The position numbers were made by a program, and so were the translations under genes. Shown here in pieces: positions 9,543-19,470 of a stretch of DNA of 45,169 nt (position 1 is the stretch's first letter; each line of letters starts with the position of its first letter). The DNA lies in the NCBI GenBank assembly GCA_023700885.1, contig JAMPYA010000001.1, positions 1 through 45,169 of the forward strand, read 5' to 3'. The notes under the pieces were generated by a model, which saw only the letters and a program-made list of their open reading frames with translations, had not been told where the DNA came from and ran no database searches. The stretch is from Flavobacteriaceae bacterium. Lineage in GTDB: Bacteria > Bacteroidota > Bacteroidia > Flavobacteriales > Flavobacteriaceae.

Positions 9543-10214
9543 ATGAAAATCAGGTTACTTATTTTAGCTCTATTATTTTATTTTGGGGGAATTGCTCAGA
9601 ATAAAACAGATTCACTTTCTAATTATTTAGAAGATCAATTATACTTTTCAATTCATAATAATAATTTAATTAATACTCCTAACGGTTTTAATACCGATGG
9701 ATTTTCTAACGGAATATCCATTGGTTTCATTAAAGATATTCCTCTTAATGATAGACGAAATATTGGACTTGGTATAGGTTTGGGCTACTCAAGTAATACT
9801 TTTAAAAACAATCTTAAAATGATTGAAAATAATGGATTGATTGAATTTTCAATTCTTGATATTGATTATAATTCAAATAAAATTACTACTAAAGCTATTG
9901 AGATCCCTCTAGAATTTAGGTGGAGAACATCTACGCCTGATAAATTTAAGTTTTGGAGAATTTATACAGGAATTAAGGTTTCTTATCACTTAAAAAATGA
10001 ATATTCTTATGTAGATTCATTGGTAAATTATAAGATAAGTAATCCAGAAAAGCTTAATAAATGGCAATATGGTTTAACTTTAAGTGCTGGATATAGTTCA
10101 TTTAATTTATATACTTATTATGGATTAAATCCTTTATATAAAGATGTTAACATCAATAATGATAGCACATCAATCAATGTATTAAAAATAGGTTTAATAT
10201 TCTATATACTGTAG
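9543..10214 (+). CDS. PorT-family / outer-membrane beta-barrel protein
   Basis: 223 aa with a signal peptide, an alternating amphipathic beta-strand pattern rich in aromatic residues and Gly, and a hydrophobic C-terminus (IGLIFYIL). Confidence 0.65.
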   Translation: MKIRLLILALLFYFGGIAQNKTDSLSNYLEDQLYFSIHNNNLINTPNGFNTDGFSNGISIGFIKDIPLNDRRNIGLGIGLGYSSNTFKNNLKMIENNGLIEFSILDIDYNSNKITTKAIEIPLEFRWRTSTPDKFKFWRIYTGIKVSYHLKNEYSYVDSLVNYKISNPEKLNKWQYGLTLSAGYSSFNLYTYYGLNPLYKDVNINNDSTSINVLKIGLIFYIL

Positions 10215-10807
10215 TAATAGAAAATTCCGTATTGTAATAGAATTCCTATTGTAAAACCTAAATACACTTCTAAATTACTGTGAGCTTTTAGTTTTAAACG
10301 TGAAGTAATAATAATTCCTGCAATTAAAAATAGAATTGAAATTAAGAATATAAGATTCATTCTATATAATTTACTCAATGCTAGAATAACCCCAATAACT
10401 CCACCAATACTTATTGCATGGAGACTTATTTTAAATTTTAATGAAATAAAAAAGTAAGCTATTAGACTTATAAAAGTAATTCCAATAAACATGATTGTTA
10501 AATCTGGTAAAATTCGATAAGAACTCAGAATTTTGGTTGCCGCAAACGCTACAACTAAGAAAAATAATAAAGGCAATTTTCGATCATTCACACTTGGAAT
10601 TTGAAAATTTTCAATGAGTTTAAATTGTTTTAATAACTTTAGAAATAGTAGTGGTGCCAAAACAGTTCCTAAAAAAATATAGGTTAAAATGACTTGAACT
10701 TGATACAAATCTATATTAAGAGGAAAAATCAAAAAATAGAGACAAGTACCAAAAAACGGCATAAAAACTGGATGAAATAAATAGGAAATAAATTTGTAAA
10801 ACCACAT
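10202..10807 (-). CDS. Polytopic membrane protein, PAP2 (lipid phosphatase) superfamily-like
   Basis: 201 aa with 5-6 TM segments. SLHAIS resembles PAP2 motif C2, and SRLKLKAHSNLE fits SR-x5-H-x3-(D/E) of motif C3. Starts 2 nt after the rpoN stop. Confidence 0.5.
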   Translation of the reverse strand: MWFYKFISYLFHPVFMPFFGTCLYFLIFPLNIDLYQVQVILTYIFLGTVLAPLLFLKLLKQFKLIENFQIPSVNDRKLPLLFFLVVAFAATKILSSYRILPDLTIMFIGITFISLIAYFFISLKFKISLHAISIGGVIGVILALSKLYRMNLIFLISILFLIAGIIITSRLKLKAHSNLEVYLGFTIGILLQYGIFYYYSI

Positions 10808-10809
10808 AA

Positions 10810-12267
10810 TTATATTTCTTTACGCAGGCGAGCTACAGGTATATCTAATAATTCTCTATACTTTGCTACGGTTCTTCTTGCAATTGGAAATCCTTTTTCT
10901 TTTAATATTTTAGCTAATTTGTCGTCAGTATGCGGTTTTCTTTTATTTTCATTTTGAACAACATTTTCTAATATATTCTTTATTTCAATTGTAGAAACAT
11001 CTTCACCTTCAGCATTTTTCATAGATTCGGAAAAATAATCTTTTATTAATTTAGTTCCATAAGGCGTGGCAACATATTTACTATTAGCAACTCTTGAAAC
11101 TGTAGAGACATCCATATCAATTTGATCAGCAATATCTTTCAATATCATGGGTCTTAACAAGCGTTCATCACCCGTTAAAAAGTACTCTTTTTGATACTGA
11201 ACAATAGCATCCATAGTAACCAATAAAGTTTGTTGACGTTGTTTAATGGCGTCTATAAACCACTTGGCAGAATCTAATTTTTGTTTGATAAATAAAACTG
11301 CCTCTTTTTGGGATTTTGATTTTTCGCTACTTTCTTTGTAAGAGCGAAGCATATTGCTGTATTCTTGCGACACATGAAGTTCAGGTGCATTTCTAGAGTT
11401 TAAAAAAAGTTCAATTTCATTATCAACAATTCTGATAGTAAAATCAGGAACAATTTGTTCTACCATTTTAACAGTACCAACATATGAAGCTCCAGGTTTT
11501 GGGTTTAATTTTGAGATTTCTGTTATAATATCTCGTAAATCATCTTCATTAATATTGTGTTTAACAAGCAATTTATTGTAATGCTTTTTAGCAAAATGAT
11601 CGAATGAATTTTCAAGAATATCAATTGATAAATCTCGAATTCTTGATTTATTTCTATGTTGAAGTTGAATAATTAAACATTCTTGTAAATCACGTGCTCC
11701 AATTCCTATTGGATCTAATGACTGAATTATTTTCAATAATTTTTCAACTTCATTTACGTCTGAATAGATGTTGAGAGAAAAAGCTAAATCATCTACAACA
11801 TCTGCTAATTCTCTTCTTAAATATCCAGTATCATCTAAACTGCCGATTATAAAGTCAATTATTTGTTCCTCTTTTTCAGTAAATCTATATGAATGTAACT
11901 GAGTTTTTAAATATTGAGTAAAGCTTGTTCCTGCAGCATGAGGCATTTGTTTTTCTTCATCATCAGGAGAATAATTATTAGCATAAAGCTTGTAATCTGG
12001 AATTTCATCATCACTTAAATATTCATCAATATTGATGTTTTCTGTGTTGATGATTTGATTTTCATCTTCATCATATTCTGATTCTGATTGACTTTCATAC
12101 TGATCTTCATCTTCAATTATTTCACTTTCTAAAGCAGGATTTTCTTCAATTTCTTGTTTGATTCTTTGCTCAAATGCTAAAGTAGGTAATTGTATCATCT
12201 TCATCAGCTGAATTTGCTGAGGAGATAATTTTTGAAGTAATTTTTGATGTAGTCCTTGTTTTAACAT
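10810..12267 (-). CDS. rpoN: RNA polymerase sigma-54 factor
   Basis: 485 aa. N-terminal MLKQGLHQKLLQKLSPQQIQLMKMIQL, an acidic linker, and the C-terminal RpoN box ARRTVAKYR. Confidence 0.95.
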   Translation of the reverse strand: MLKQGLHQKLLQKLSPQQIQLMKMIQLPTLAFEQRIKQEIEENPALESEIIEDEDQYESQSESEYDEDENQIINTENINIDEYLSDDEIPDYKLYANNYSPDDEEKQMPHAAGTSFTQYLKTQLHSYRFTEKEEQIIDFIIGSLDDTGYLRRELADVVDDLAFSLNIYSDVNEVEKLLKIIQSLDPIGIGARDLQECLIIQLQHRNKSRIRDLSIDILENSFDHFAKKHYNKLLVKHNINEDDLRDIITEISKLNPKPGASYVGTVKMVEQIVPDFTIRIVDNEIELFLNSRNAPELHVSQEYSNMLRSYKESSEKSKSQKEAVLFIKQKLDSAKWFIDAIKQRQQTLLVTMDAIVQYQKEYFLTGDERLLRPMILKDIADQIDMDVSTVSRVANSKYVATPYGTKLIKDYFSESMKNAEGEDVSTIEIKNILENVVQNENKRKPHTDDKLAKILKEKGFPIARRTVAKYRELLDIPVARLRKEI

Positions 12268-12273
12268 ATCTCA

Positions 12274-12281
12274 CAAAGATA
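12274..12281 (-). promoter_or_regulatory. -7 promoter box TATCTTTG for rpoN
   Basis: Exact TAnnTTTG on the minus strand with only 6 nt between the motif and the rpoN ATG. Confidence 0.45.
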
Positions 12282-12306
12282 AGAAAAGATGTTAACGATT
12301 GGAATT

Positions 12307-12342
12307 AAAAAAAAAGAGAAAAACCATGGTTTTTCTCTTTTT
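12307..12342 (-). terminator. Rho-independent terminator after asnS
   Basis: AGAGAAAAACC-AT-GGTTTTTCTCT, an 11-bp stem. On the minus strand it is followed by a T9 run. Confidence 0.85.
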
Positions 12343-12360
12343 ATCTGAAGTATTTTAATT

Positions 12361-13794
12361 TTAAAATTCAGCATTTTGTGGTGTTCTAGGAAACGGAATT
12401 ACATCTCTGATATTTCCCATACCGGTAACAAACTGAACTAATCGTTCAAACCCTAAACCAAATCCGCTGTGAACAGCAGTACCAAATTTGCGGGTATCTA
12501 AATACCACCACAATTCTTTTTCATCAATATGATTGGCTTCCATTTTTGCCTTTAAAACATCATAGCGCTCTTCACGTTGTGAACCTCCCACAATTTCTCC
12601 AATTCCAGGAAAAAGAACATCCATAGCTCTAACGGTTTTTCCATCTTCATTTAAACGCATGTAAAATGCTTTAATGGTGGCAGGATAATCAAAAAGTATT
12701 ACCGGGCATTTAAAGTGTTGTTCTACTAAAAAACGTTCGTGTTCACTTTGTAAATCTGAGCCCCATTCTTTAATGATGTATTGAAATTTTTTCTTTTTAT
12801 TTGGAGTAGAATCTATTAATATTTCAATAGCTTCTGTATAACTTACTCGTTTAAAATTATTATTGACAACAAATTTTAATTTCTCTAAAAGTGCCATTTC
12901 AGCACGTTGATTTTGTGGTTTTGATTTATCTTCCTGAATTAAACGTTGTTCTAAAAAGGCCAAATCATCTGCACAATTAATTAAAACGTATTTAATAACG
13001 TATTTAATAAAATCTTCTGCCAAATCCATATTATCCATCAAATCATTGAAAGCTACTTCTGGCTCAATCATCCAAAATTCTGCTAAATGGCGTGATGTAT
13101 TTGAATTTTCTGCTCTAAATGTTGGACCGAAAGTATATACTTTGCTTAAAGCCATTGCAAAAGTTTCGGCTTCTAATTGACCAGAAACCGTTAAGTTGGT
13201 GTTTTTTCCAAAGAAATCTTCAGAGAAATCAATTTGACCACTTTCATTTCTTTTAGGATTGTTTAAATCTAAAGTTGTTACGGTAAACATTTCACCTGCA
13301 CCTTCAGCATCTGATCCTGTAATTATTGGAGTGTGAACATTGTAAAATCCATTATCAGTAAAATACTTGTGAATTGCGTATGATAAAGTTGATCGAACGC
13401 GCATTACTGAGGCAAAAGTATTTGTTCTGATTCTTAAATGGGCATTTTCTCTTAAAAATTCTAAACTGTGATGTTTTGGTTGAATTGGATAAATTTCAGG
13501 ATCAGAATCGCCTAAAATTTTAATTTCAGAAACTTGTATTTCAACAGTTTGTCCTTTTCCTTGGCTTTCAATTAAAGTGCCCTTTACTGCAATTGCAGCT
13601 CCTGTAGTTATTCTTTTTAAAAGTGATTCTTCAAAAGTTTCAAAGTCTACAACACACTGAATATTGTTAAGGGTTGAGCCATCATTTAGCGCAATAAATC
13701 GGTTACTTCTAAATGTTCTAACCCAGCCTTTAACTTTAACTTCGTTAAGAAATTTGTCTGATTTTAATAACTCAGCAATGCTACTTCTCTTCAT
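12361..13794 (-). CDS. asnS: Asparagine--tRNA ligase
   Basis: 477 aa class IIb synthetase. Has [21 protein letters not shown] and [11 protein letters not shown], and ends [29 protein letters not shown]. Confidence 0.95.
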   Translation of the reverse strand: MKRSSIAELLKSDKFLNEVKVKGWVRTFRSNRFIALNDGSTLNNIQCVVDFETFEESLLKRITTGAAIAVKGTLIESQGKGQTVEIQVSEIKILGDSDPEIYPIQPKHHSLEFLRENAHLRIRTNTFASVMRVRSTLSYAIHKYFTDNGFYNVHTPIITGSDAEGAGEMFTVTTLDLNNPKRNESGQIDFSEDFFGKNTNLTVSGQLEAETFAMALSKVYTFGPTFRAENSNTSRHLAEFWMIEPEVAFNDLMDNMDLAEDFIKYVIKYVLINCADDLAFLEQRLIQEDKSKPQNQRAEMALLEKLKFVVNNNFKRVSYTEAIEILIDSTPNKKKKFQYIIKEWGSDLQSEHERFLVEQHFKCPVILFDYPATIKAFYMRLNEDGKTVRAMDVLFPGIGEIVGGSQREERYDVLKAKMEANHIDEKELWWYLDTRKFGTAVHSGFGLGFERLVQFVTGMGNIRDVIPFPRTPQNAEF

Positions 13795-13812
13795 TTTATG
13801 TTATTTTAAGTG

Positions 13813-13820
13813 CAAATATA
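13813..13820 (-). promoter_or_regulatory. -7 promoter box TATATTTG for asnS
   Basis: Exact TAnnTTTG on the minus strand, 18 nt upstream of ATG 13794. Confidence 0.5.
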
Positions 13821-13850
13821 TTATTTTGATTGTTTTAAAATAAATTGGTT

Positions 13851-16235
13851 TTATTTTTTGTCAACTTCTTCATCTTCCATTTCAATTAAATCTATTTCTA
13901 TAATTGGTTCTTTTAAAGTTTGCTTATTAGCTATGAATGATTCTAATGAAAGCAATAAGGATGGTAAAAGTAATAAGTTAGACAACATGGCCACTAATAA
14001 TGTTACAGAAACTAAACCTCCTAAAGCAATAGTACCACCAAAACTTGAAACGGTGAAAACCAAAAATCCGAAGAATAAGACTATAGATGTATAAAACATA
14101 CTAATTCCAGCTCCTCTTAAAGATGCAAAAACAGATTTGTTAATTTCCCAATTATTGACGATTAATTCTTGTCTATATTTAGCTAAGAAGTGAATGGTAT
14201 CATCTACAGAAATACCAAATGCAATACTAAAAACTAATATTGTTGATGGTTTTATTGGTATTCCAAAATATCCCATCAAACCGGCTGTAATTAATAGTGG
14301 GATAATATTTGGTATGATTGATATAATTATCATTCTAAAAGAACGAAACATAAATGCCATAAATAGTCCTATTAAAATAATTGCTAACAAAAGAGAGACG
14401 GCTAAATTTTGCACCAAATAGTTCGTTCCTTTTAAAAACACCAATGCTTTTCCGGTCATGATAACACTGTAGCGCTCTTGAGGAAATTCTTTATTGATTA
14501 TACCCCAAAGACGTTCTTCAATTTTATCCATTTTATCTGTACCAATGTCTTTCATAAAAGAGGTAACTCTAACATATCGACCTGTAGAATCGACAAAATT
14601 ATTGAGTCCGTTCATGTCATTCGAAGAATTCTTGATGTATGATAAAATAAAATTCTTTTCAATAGAAGTTGGAAGTTGGTAGTATTTTGGATTTCCATTA
14701 TAGTATGCTTGTTTAGAATATTTTACAGCATTTACAATGGAGATAGGTTTAGATAATTCTGGGATTTCATCAATTTCATCTTGAAGTCTTTCAATCTTTT
14801 TTAAAGTGGAAAGTTTCATTACCCCATTTTTTTCTTTGGTATCGATAAGAATTTCTAAAGGCATAATTCCGCCAAATTCTTTTTCAAAGAAAAGAATGTC
14901 TTTAAAAAACGGTTTACCTTTTGGCATATCTTCAATAATACTTCCAGAAATACGTATCATATAAATTCCAATCATACTAATAATGATAAGAGTTGTAGTT
15001 GTAGCATATATGGCAAAACGATGGTTTTTAACCATTTTTTCCATCCATGAAACTATCCCATCAATCCATTTGCGTTCCAAATGTTTTAAGTGCTTCCGTT
15101 TTGGGATTCTCATAAAACTATATATAATTGGAATTAGTAAAATTGACAATAAGAAAATAGCCATAATATTGATAGAAGCAATAATTCCAAACTCTCTTAA
15201 AAGTTGGCTATTAGTAAACATGAAAGTTGCAAAACCTGATGCTGTTGTTATGTTAGTTAAAAAAGAGGCATTTCCAATTTTAGAAATTACTCTAATTAAC
15301 GATTTAGCCTGATTTCCATGGATTTTAATCTCTTGTTGGTATTTATTGATAAGGAAAATGGCATTTGGAACACCAATTACAATAATTAAAGGCGGAATTA
15401 AAGCTGTTAATACTGTTATTTCATATCGCAATAATCCAATAAAACCGAAAGCCCAAATTACACCAATACTGACAACTAAAAAGGTAATTAAAGTGGCTCT
15501 ATAGGATCTGAAAAAGAAAAAGAAAATCAGTGTAGTAATTAGTAAAGCTAAACCTACAAACATCCCCATTTCATCAATAATATTTTGTGAATTGAGTGTT
15601 CTTATATAAGGCATTCCAGATACATGAACTTTTAAACCAGATTCTTTTTCAAAATTTTCTATCAACGGAATAAATTTATCCATGATAAAGCGTTCCCTAA
15701 TTTTGGTGTTGATGATATCTTTTTTAAGATACATCATGGTTCTAATGGAGCCTGTTTCTTTGTTGTAAATAAAATTATCGTAAAAAGGAAGGTTGTTAAA
15801 CACTTCGTTTTTAAGTTTTTGTATTTCTTCAATAGAATGTATTTCTCCTTCTGCTAATGATTGAGGAACAAATTTTTCTTGTGTTTCATCTTTTACTAAT
15901 TTCTTAATATCAGATAAGGCCACTGTTAATTCAACTTCATCAAAAGTCTTAAGTTTATCAGAAAGTTTTGACCAATGATTAAATTTTTCAGGTGTAAAAA
16001 GTTGTGGATCCTGTACTGCCAGAATAACGATATTTCCTTCTTCGCCAAAGACCTCTAAAAATTTATTATAAGTTATATTTACTTCATGATCTTCAGGCAG
16101 TAAGTTGGCTTCTGTATGCGTAAATTTCATGTACTGCATCTGCGAAGCAAGAAATACAGTTATAATAAATATGACAGCTAAAATTAGGTACCTACTTGTG
16201 AGGATAAATCGTGCAATTCTATTCCAAAAACCCAT
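13851..16235 (-). CDS. MMPL / RND-superfamily exporter (COG1033-like, two 6-TM bundles)
   Basis: 794 aa. Two repeats, each a large periplasmic loop plus a 5-6 TM bundle. The conserved GISVDDTIHF motif sits in the second bundle. Confidence 0.8.
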   Translation of the reverse strand: MGFWNRIARFILTSRYLILAVIFIITVFLASQMQYMKFTHTEANLLPEDHEVNITYNKFLEVFGEEGNIVILAVQDPQLFTPEKFNHWSKLSDKLKTFDEVELTVALSDIKKLVKDETQEKFVPQSLAEGEIHSIEEIQKLKNEVFNNLPFYDNFIYNKETGSIRTMMYLKKDIINTKIRERFIMDKFIPLIENFEKESGLKVHVSGMPYIRTLNSQNIIDEMGMFVGLALLITTLIFFFFFRSYRATLITFLVVSIGVIWAFGFIGLLRYEITVLTALIPPLIIVIGVPNAIFLINKYQQEIKIHGNQAKSLIRVISKIGNASFLTNITTASGFATFMFTNSQLLREFGIIASINIMAIFLLSILLIPIIYSFMRIPKRKHLKHLERKWIDGIVSWMEKMVKNHRFAIYATTTTLIIISMIGIYMIRISGSIIEDMPKGKPFFKDILFFEKEFGGIMPLEILIDTKEKNGVMKLSTLKKIERLQDEIDEIPELSKPISIVNAVKYSKQAYYNGNPKYYQLPTSIEKNFILSYIKNSSNDMNGLNNFVDSTGRYVRVTSFMKDIGTDKMDKIEERLWGIINKEFPQERYSVIMTGKALVFLKGTNYLVQNLAVSLLLAIILIGLFMAFMFRSFRMIIISIIPNIIPLLITAGLMGYFGIPIKPSTILVFSIAFGISVDDTIHFLAKYRQELIVNNWEINKSVFASLRGAGISMFYTSIVLFFGFLVFTVSSFGGTIALGGLVSVTLLVAMLSNLLLLPSLLLSLESFIANKQTLKEPIIEIDLIEMEDEEVDKK

Positions 16236-16249
16236 TCTATATTTTTTTG

Positions 16250-16257
16250 CAAATGTA
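16250..16257 (-). promoter_or_regulatory. -7 promoter box TACATTTG for the MMPL gene
   Basis: Exact TAnnTTTG on the minus strand, 14 nt upstream of ATG 16235. Confidence 0.45.
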
Positions 16258-16281
16258 CAAAATTTGGTATAAGTGTTGGCG

Positions 16282-18792
16282 TTAAAAACCTAAGCTTAAT
16301 TTGTAGGTCACTTTTATCGCAATATTATTGCTAATATTTTGATGATGATAGGCTCCATATCTATAAAAAGCACTAACACCAAAGCCTTTGAATAGATTAT
16401 TCATCTCTATTCCGCTTTCAAAATATCCTTTTTCCATGGTGTTAAATTGGATGAGTTGATGATTTTCTTTGTTAGATAAATTACCAAAAGCAGCTCTAGA
16501 AATAAGCGTTACCTGAGGTTTAAATTTTCCAAAGTTGAACTTTCTTAAATATTGATGAACCTGTAACATGAGATATCTATCAGAAATAAACTCATTGTAT
16601 TGCATCGTTTCAAAGCTGTTTTTACCACCAAAAGTTACACGTTTTATCCATGGATGTTTTAAAGTATAATTTGGTGTGGCGTTAAAAAGATGGGTCATTG
16701 GAGCATCGCCAAAAACAACTCCTCCTTGTAACATCAAATACAAATAATGATCTTTTTTAAATGGAATTCTGTGGTTTGCTCTAAAAATGAATTTTGTAAA
16801 ATCAAATTCACCACCTAGAAAACCATCAAAACTTTGTGTTGCCTGAAGTAAAAAATCGGTGTAACCTGTAGTTATTTTTCTTTTTCCAATAGGCGTTTGC
16901 ATGTACTTTGAAAATGGTGTATATAAAAATCCTGCTGATAAATTTGTAAGGTGATAATTAGTTTTTAACACCGATTTGTTTAAAAAAGCGTAATCAAAAA
17001 CAGTTTCATAATCGCCGGTTGAAAGTTTGAATTTTGATTCTAAATTTGGTAAAATATCATGAATTAAATTAGCAGCGTAAGATTTATAATGGTAAAAATC
17101 ACTAATATTTAAATTTCGTGGATTGATTAATGCAAATGAGGTGTTTTCTAGCATAAAGTCTAAAGAAGCTGCTTCTTTAATATCATTTGTGTAGTTTAAG
17201 CCAAACCATGTATTATGGTATTTATTCAATCGAACTGAAGTTCCATATTGATATTTATAGTTGTTATCTTTTGTTCCGTAAGCAATATAGCCTTCAAGTT
17301 TAAAATAATTAGAAACATTATGGTTGGTTTCTCCCCCAAATCCTAACCGTAAACCTTCATGCTGATTAACTGTTATAACATTTCCTAAATTTATTTTAAA
17401 ATATTTAGTGGGGTAAAATCCTTTAGTAAGTTCTCTAAAAACTTCAATTTTGTGTTCAATATTTTTGTTAAGCGTTATACTGTCAATAGTTTGGTAGGTA
17501 TTTAGTTCTTTTTTTGAAATACTATCAATTCTATATTTGTTCCAATAATCTTCATTTTTTAAGTGAGCTGTTTCACTAATTTTTACTTTTTCAGCAAAAG
17601 AAGTAATTGGTTTTACAGTATTAAAAACAATATTTGAATTGATGGTTTTAGATGAAAAATAGATAAAATCTGAGGGTTCTTTTTGATCTTTGTTTTTCTC
17701 CTCATTTTTATTTTCACTTGCTTCGAATTTAATCATATTTCCAAAAAGTGTAATATTTTTATCATTACTTCCTTTAGTGATTACTAGTTCTTTTTCACTT
17801 TCAAACCATTTTTTTAAATCATTATCAAATTCAAAATCTTGAGTTAATTTCACATAGATTAATCCTTTTAATTCTAAAATAGCTTTGCTAATTGAAAATT
17901 GAGAAGCATCTACAAATAAAACACCTTCAAGACCAGCTTTAGCACCTATTTTTTTGGGCTTAAAGTGAATCAGATAAGATTCATTTCCAATAGAATTTTT
18001 AATTGTATCTAGAATTTTATAATGATATTCTTGAAAGCCATTATTAGTAATTGGACTGATATATTTTGTTCCGGCAATAATAAAATCATTATCATAAATA
18101 TTAAAATCAGAAAAGTTTAATGCCAACATTTCATATAGTGGCTGTTTAAATCCGGCAACACGTGTGGCCATAATTTCTTCCTTAATTTCACTGCCTTTTT
18201 TATAATGAAATTTTGAAATTTTTTCGCTGATAAATAAATGACGTTTTTCTAAGGTAGCTTTAATTTTAAAGGCGCTAGAGTCTATTTTTTTTAATACACG
18301 TTTATTGTTTTCGGTTTTAAAAAGGGAGTCAATTTTAGCGGATATTGAATCTGGATTAGCTGTGATAACTGTTTTATTGTAAGTATCATAACTAAAGTTA
18401 GATATATTTTTTAGTAAATTGTTGTTGGGTTCGTTAGCAATAGTATTTTTGATAATTTTGATGGCTTCATTATCACTTGCTTGGATAACCACTTCATTTA
18501 AACTTTCAATTTTAGGTTCTAAAAAAATTTCATAATAAAAATTATTATTTAAAGTTTTTATTTTTTTAGTATAAAATCCAACGTAAGAAATATTTAATTC
18601 TTGAATATTTTTATTTGATTGAAACTCAAATTTGCCATAAATATTGGTATAAATTATTTTAGAATCTGAGGTGTTGATATTGGCAAATGCCAGCGGTTCT
18701 TTTGTTTTAGCATTTTTTATGATTCCGGTATAGGTTTGCTGTGCATAAATAAAAACCGGAAAAAAAACAATAAACAATAGTTTTAGCTTCAT
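16282..18792 (-). CDS. CarboxypepD_reg-like domain plus DUF5686 family outer-membrane protein
   Basis: 836 aa. Signal peptide, then an N-terminal YTGIIKNAKTKEPLAFANI...GKFEF carboxypeptidase-regulatory-like fold. The C-terminal part has a beta-barrel-like pattern and ends in the aromatic terminus YKLSLGF. Confidence 0.7.
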   Translation of the reverse strand: MKLKLLFIVFFPVFIYAQQTYTGIIKNAKTKEPLAFANINTSDSKIIYTNIYGKFEFQSNKNIQELNISYVGFYTKKIKTLNNNFYYEIFLEPKIESLNEVVIQASDNEAIKIIKNTIANEPNNNLLKNISNFSYDTYNKTVITANPDSISAKIDSLFKTENNKRVLKKIDSSAFKIKATLEKRHLFISEKISKFHYKKGSEIKEEIMATRVAGFKQPLYEMLALNFSDFNIYDNDFIIAGTKYISPITNNGFQEYHYKILDTIKNSIGNESYLIHFKPKKIGAKAGLEGVLFVDASQFSISKAILELKGLIYVKLTQDFEFDNDLKKWFESEKELVITKGSNDKNITLFGNMIKFEASENKNEEKNKDQKEPSDFIYFSSKTINSNIVFNTVKPITSFAEKVKISETAHLKNEDYWNKYRIDSISKKELNTYQTIDSITLNKNIEHKIEVFRELTKGFYPTKYFKINLGNVITVNQHEGLRLGFGGETNHNVSNYFKLEGYIAYGTKDNNYKYQYGTSVRLNKYHNTWFGLNYTNDIKEAASLDFMLENTSFALINPRNLNISDFYHYKSYAANLIHDILPNLESKFKLSTGDYETVFDYAFLNKSVLKTNYHLTNLSAGFLYTPFSKYMQTPIGKRKITTGYTDFLLQATQSFDGFLGGEFDFTKFIFRANHRIPFKKDHYLYLMLQGGVVFGDAPMTHLFNATPNYTLKHPWIKRVTFGGKNSFETMQYNEFISDRYLMLQVHQYLRKFNFGKFKPQVTLISRAAFGNLSNKENHQLIQFNTMEKGYFESGIEMNNLFKGFGVSAFYRYGAYHHQNISNNIAIKVTYKLSLGF

Positions 18793-18823
18793 AAAGCAAT
18801 GGTTAAATTATATTGAAAAGTAC

Positions 18824-18846
18824 AAAAAAGCCACGCTTAGCGTGGC
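18824..18846 (-). terminator. Rho-independent terminator after frr
   Basis: GCCACGC-TTA-GCGTGGC, followed by T6 on the minus strand. Confidence 0.8.
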
Positions 18847-18870
18847 TTAAATTAATTATTTAACATAAAA

Positions 18871-19422
18871 TTATACCGTCATTATTTCTTTTTCTTTGAT
18901 ATAATAATGCTCATCTACAATTTTTATATACTTATCAGTTAATTCTTGTATATCAACTTCTGTGTTTTTCTTCATGTCTTCAGATGCATCGAGTTTTTTT
19001 ATCTCATTCATAGCATTTCTTCTGTCATTTCGAATACCCACTTTTGTTTCTTCAGCAGCAGCTTTTGCTTGTTTAGCTAAATCTTTACGACGCTCTTCTG
19101 TTAAAACAGGAACATTAATAATAATATTCTCACCATTATTCATAGGATTGAAACCTAAATTAGCAATCAGTATTGCTTTTTCAATTTCAGAAATTAATTT
19201 TCTTTCCCAAGGTTGAACAATCAAAGTTCTAGCATCTGGTGTGTTAATATTGGCTACTTGATTTAATGGAGTCATAGTGCCATAGTAATCAACTTTTACA
19301 CCCATTAACATGGCAGGAGATGCTTTTCCGGCTCTTATATTTTTGAATTCAATTTCTAAATGAGCAATTGCCTTACTCATAAATTCTTCGGTACTATCAA
19401 CTATAAAATCTAATTCTTCCAT
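18871..19422 (-). CDS. frr: Ribosome recycling factor
   Basis: 183 aa. Contains IRAGKASPAMLMGVKVDYYG and LTEERRKDLAKQAK. Confidence 0.95.
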   Translation of the reverse strand: MEELDFIVDSTEEFMSKAIAHLEIEFKNIRAGKASPAMLMGVKVDYYGTMTPLNQVANINTPDARTLIVQPWERKLISEIEKAILIANLGFNPMNNGENIIINVPVLTEERRKDLAKQAKAAAEETKVGIRNDRRNAMNEIKKLDASEDMKKNTEVDIQELTDKYIKIVDEHYYIKEKEIMTV

Positions 19423-19439
19423 AAATGTAATTTAAAGTT

Positions 19440-19447
19440 CAAATTTA
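19440..19447 (-). promoter_or_regulatory. -7 promoter box TAAATTTG for frr
   Basis: Exact TAnnTTTG on the minus strand, 17 nt upstream of ATG 19422. Confidence 0.4.
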
Positions 19448-19470
19448 ATAAAAAGTATCAAATTTCAAAT

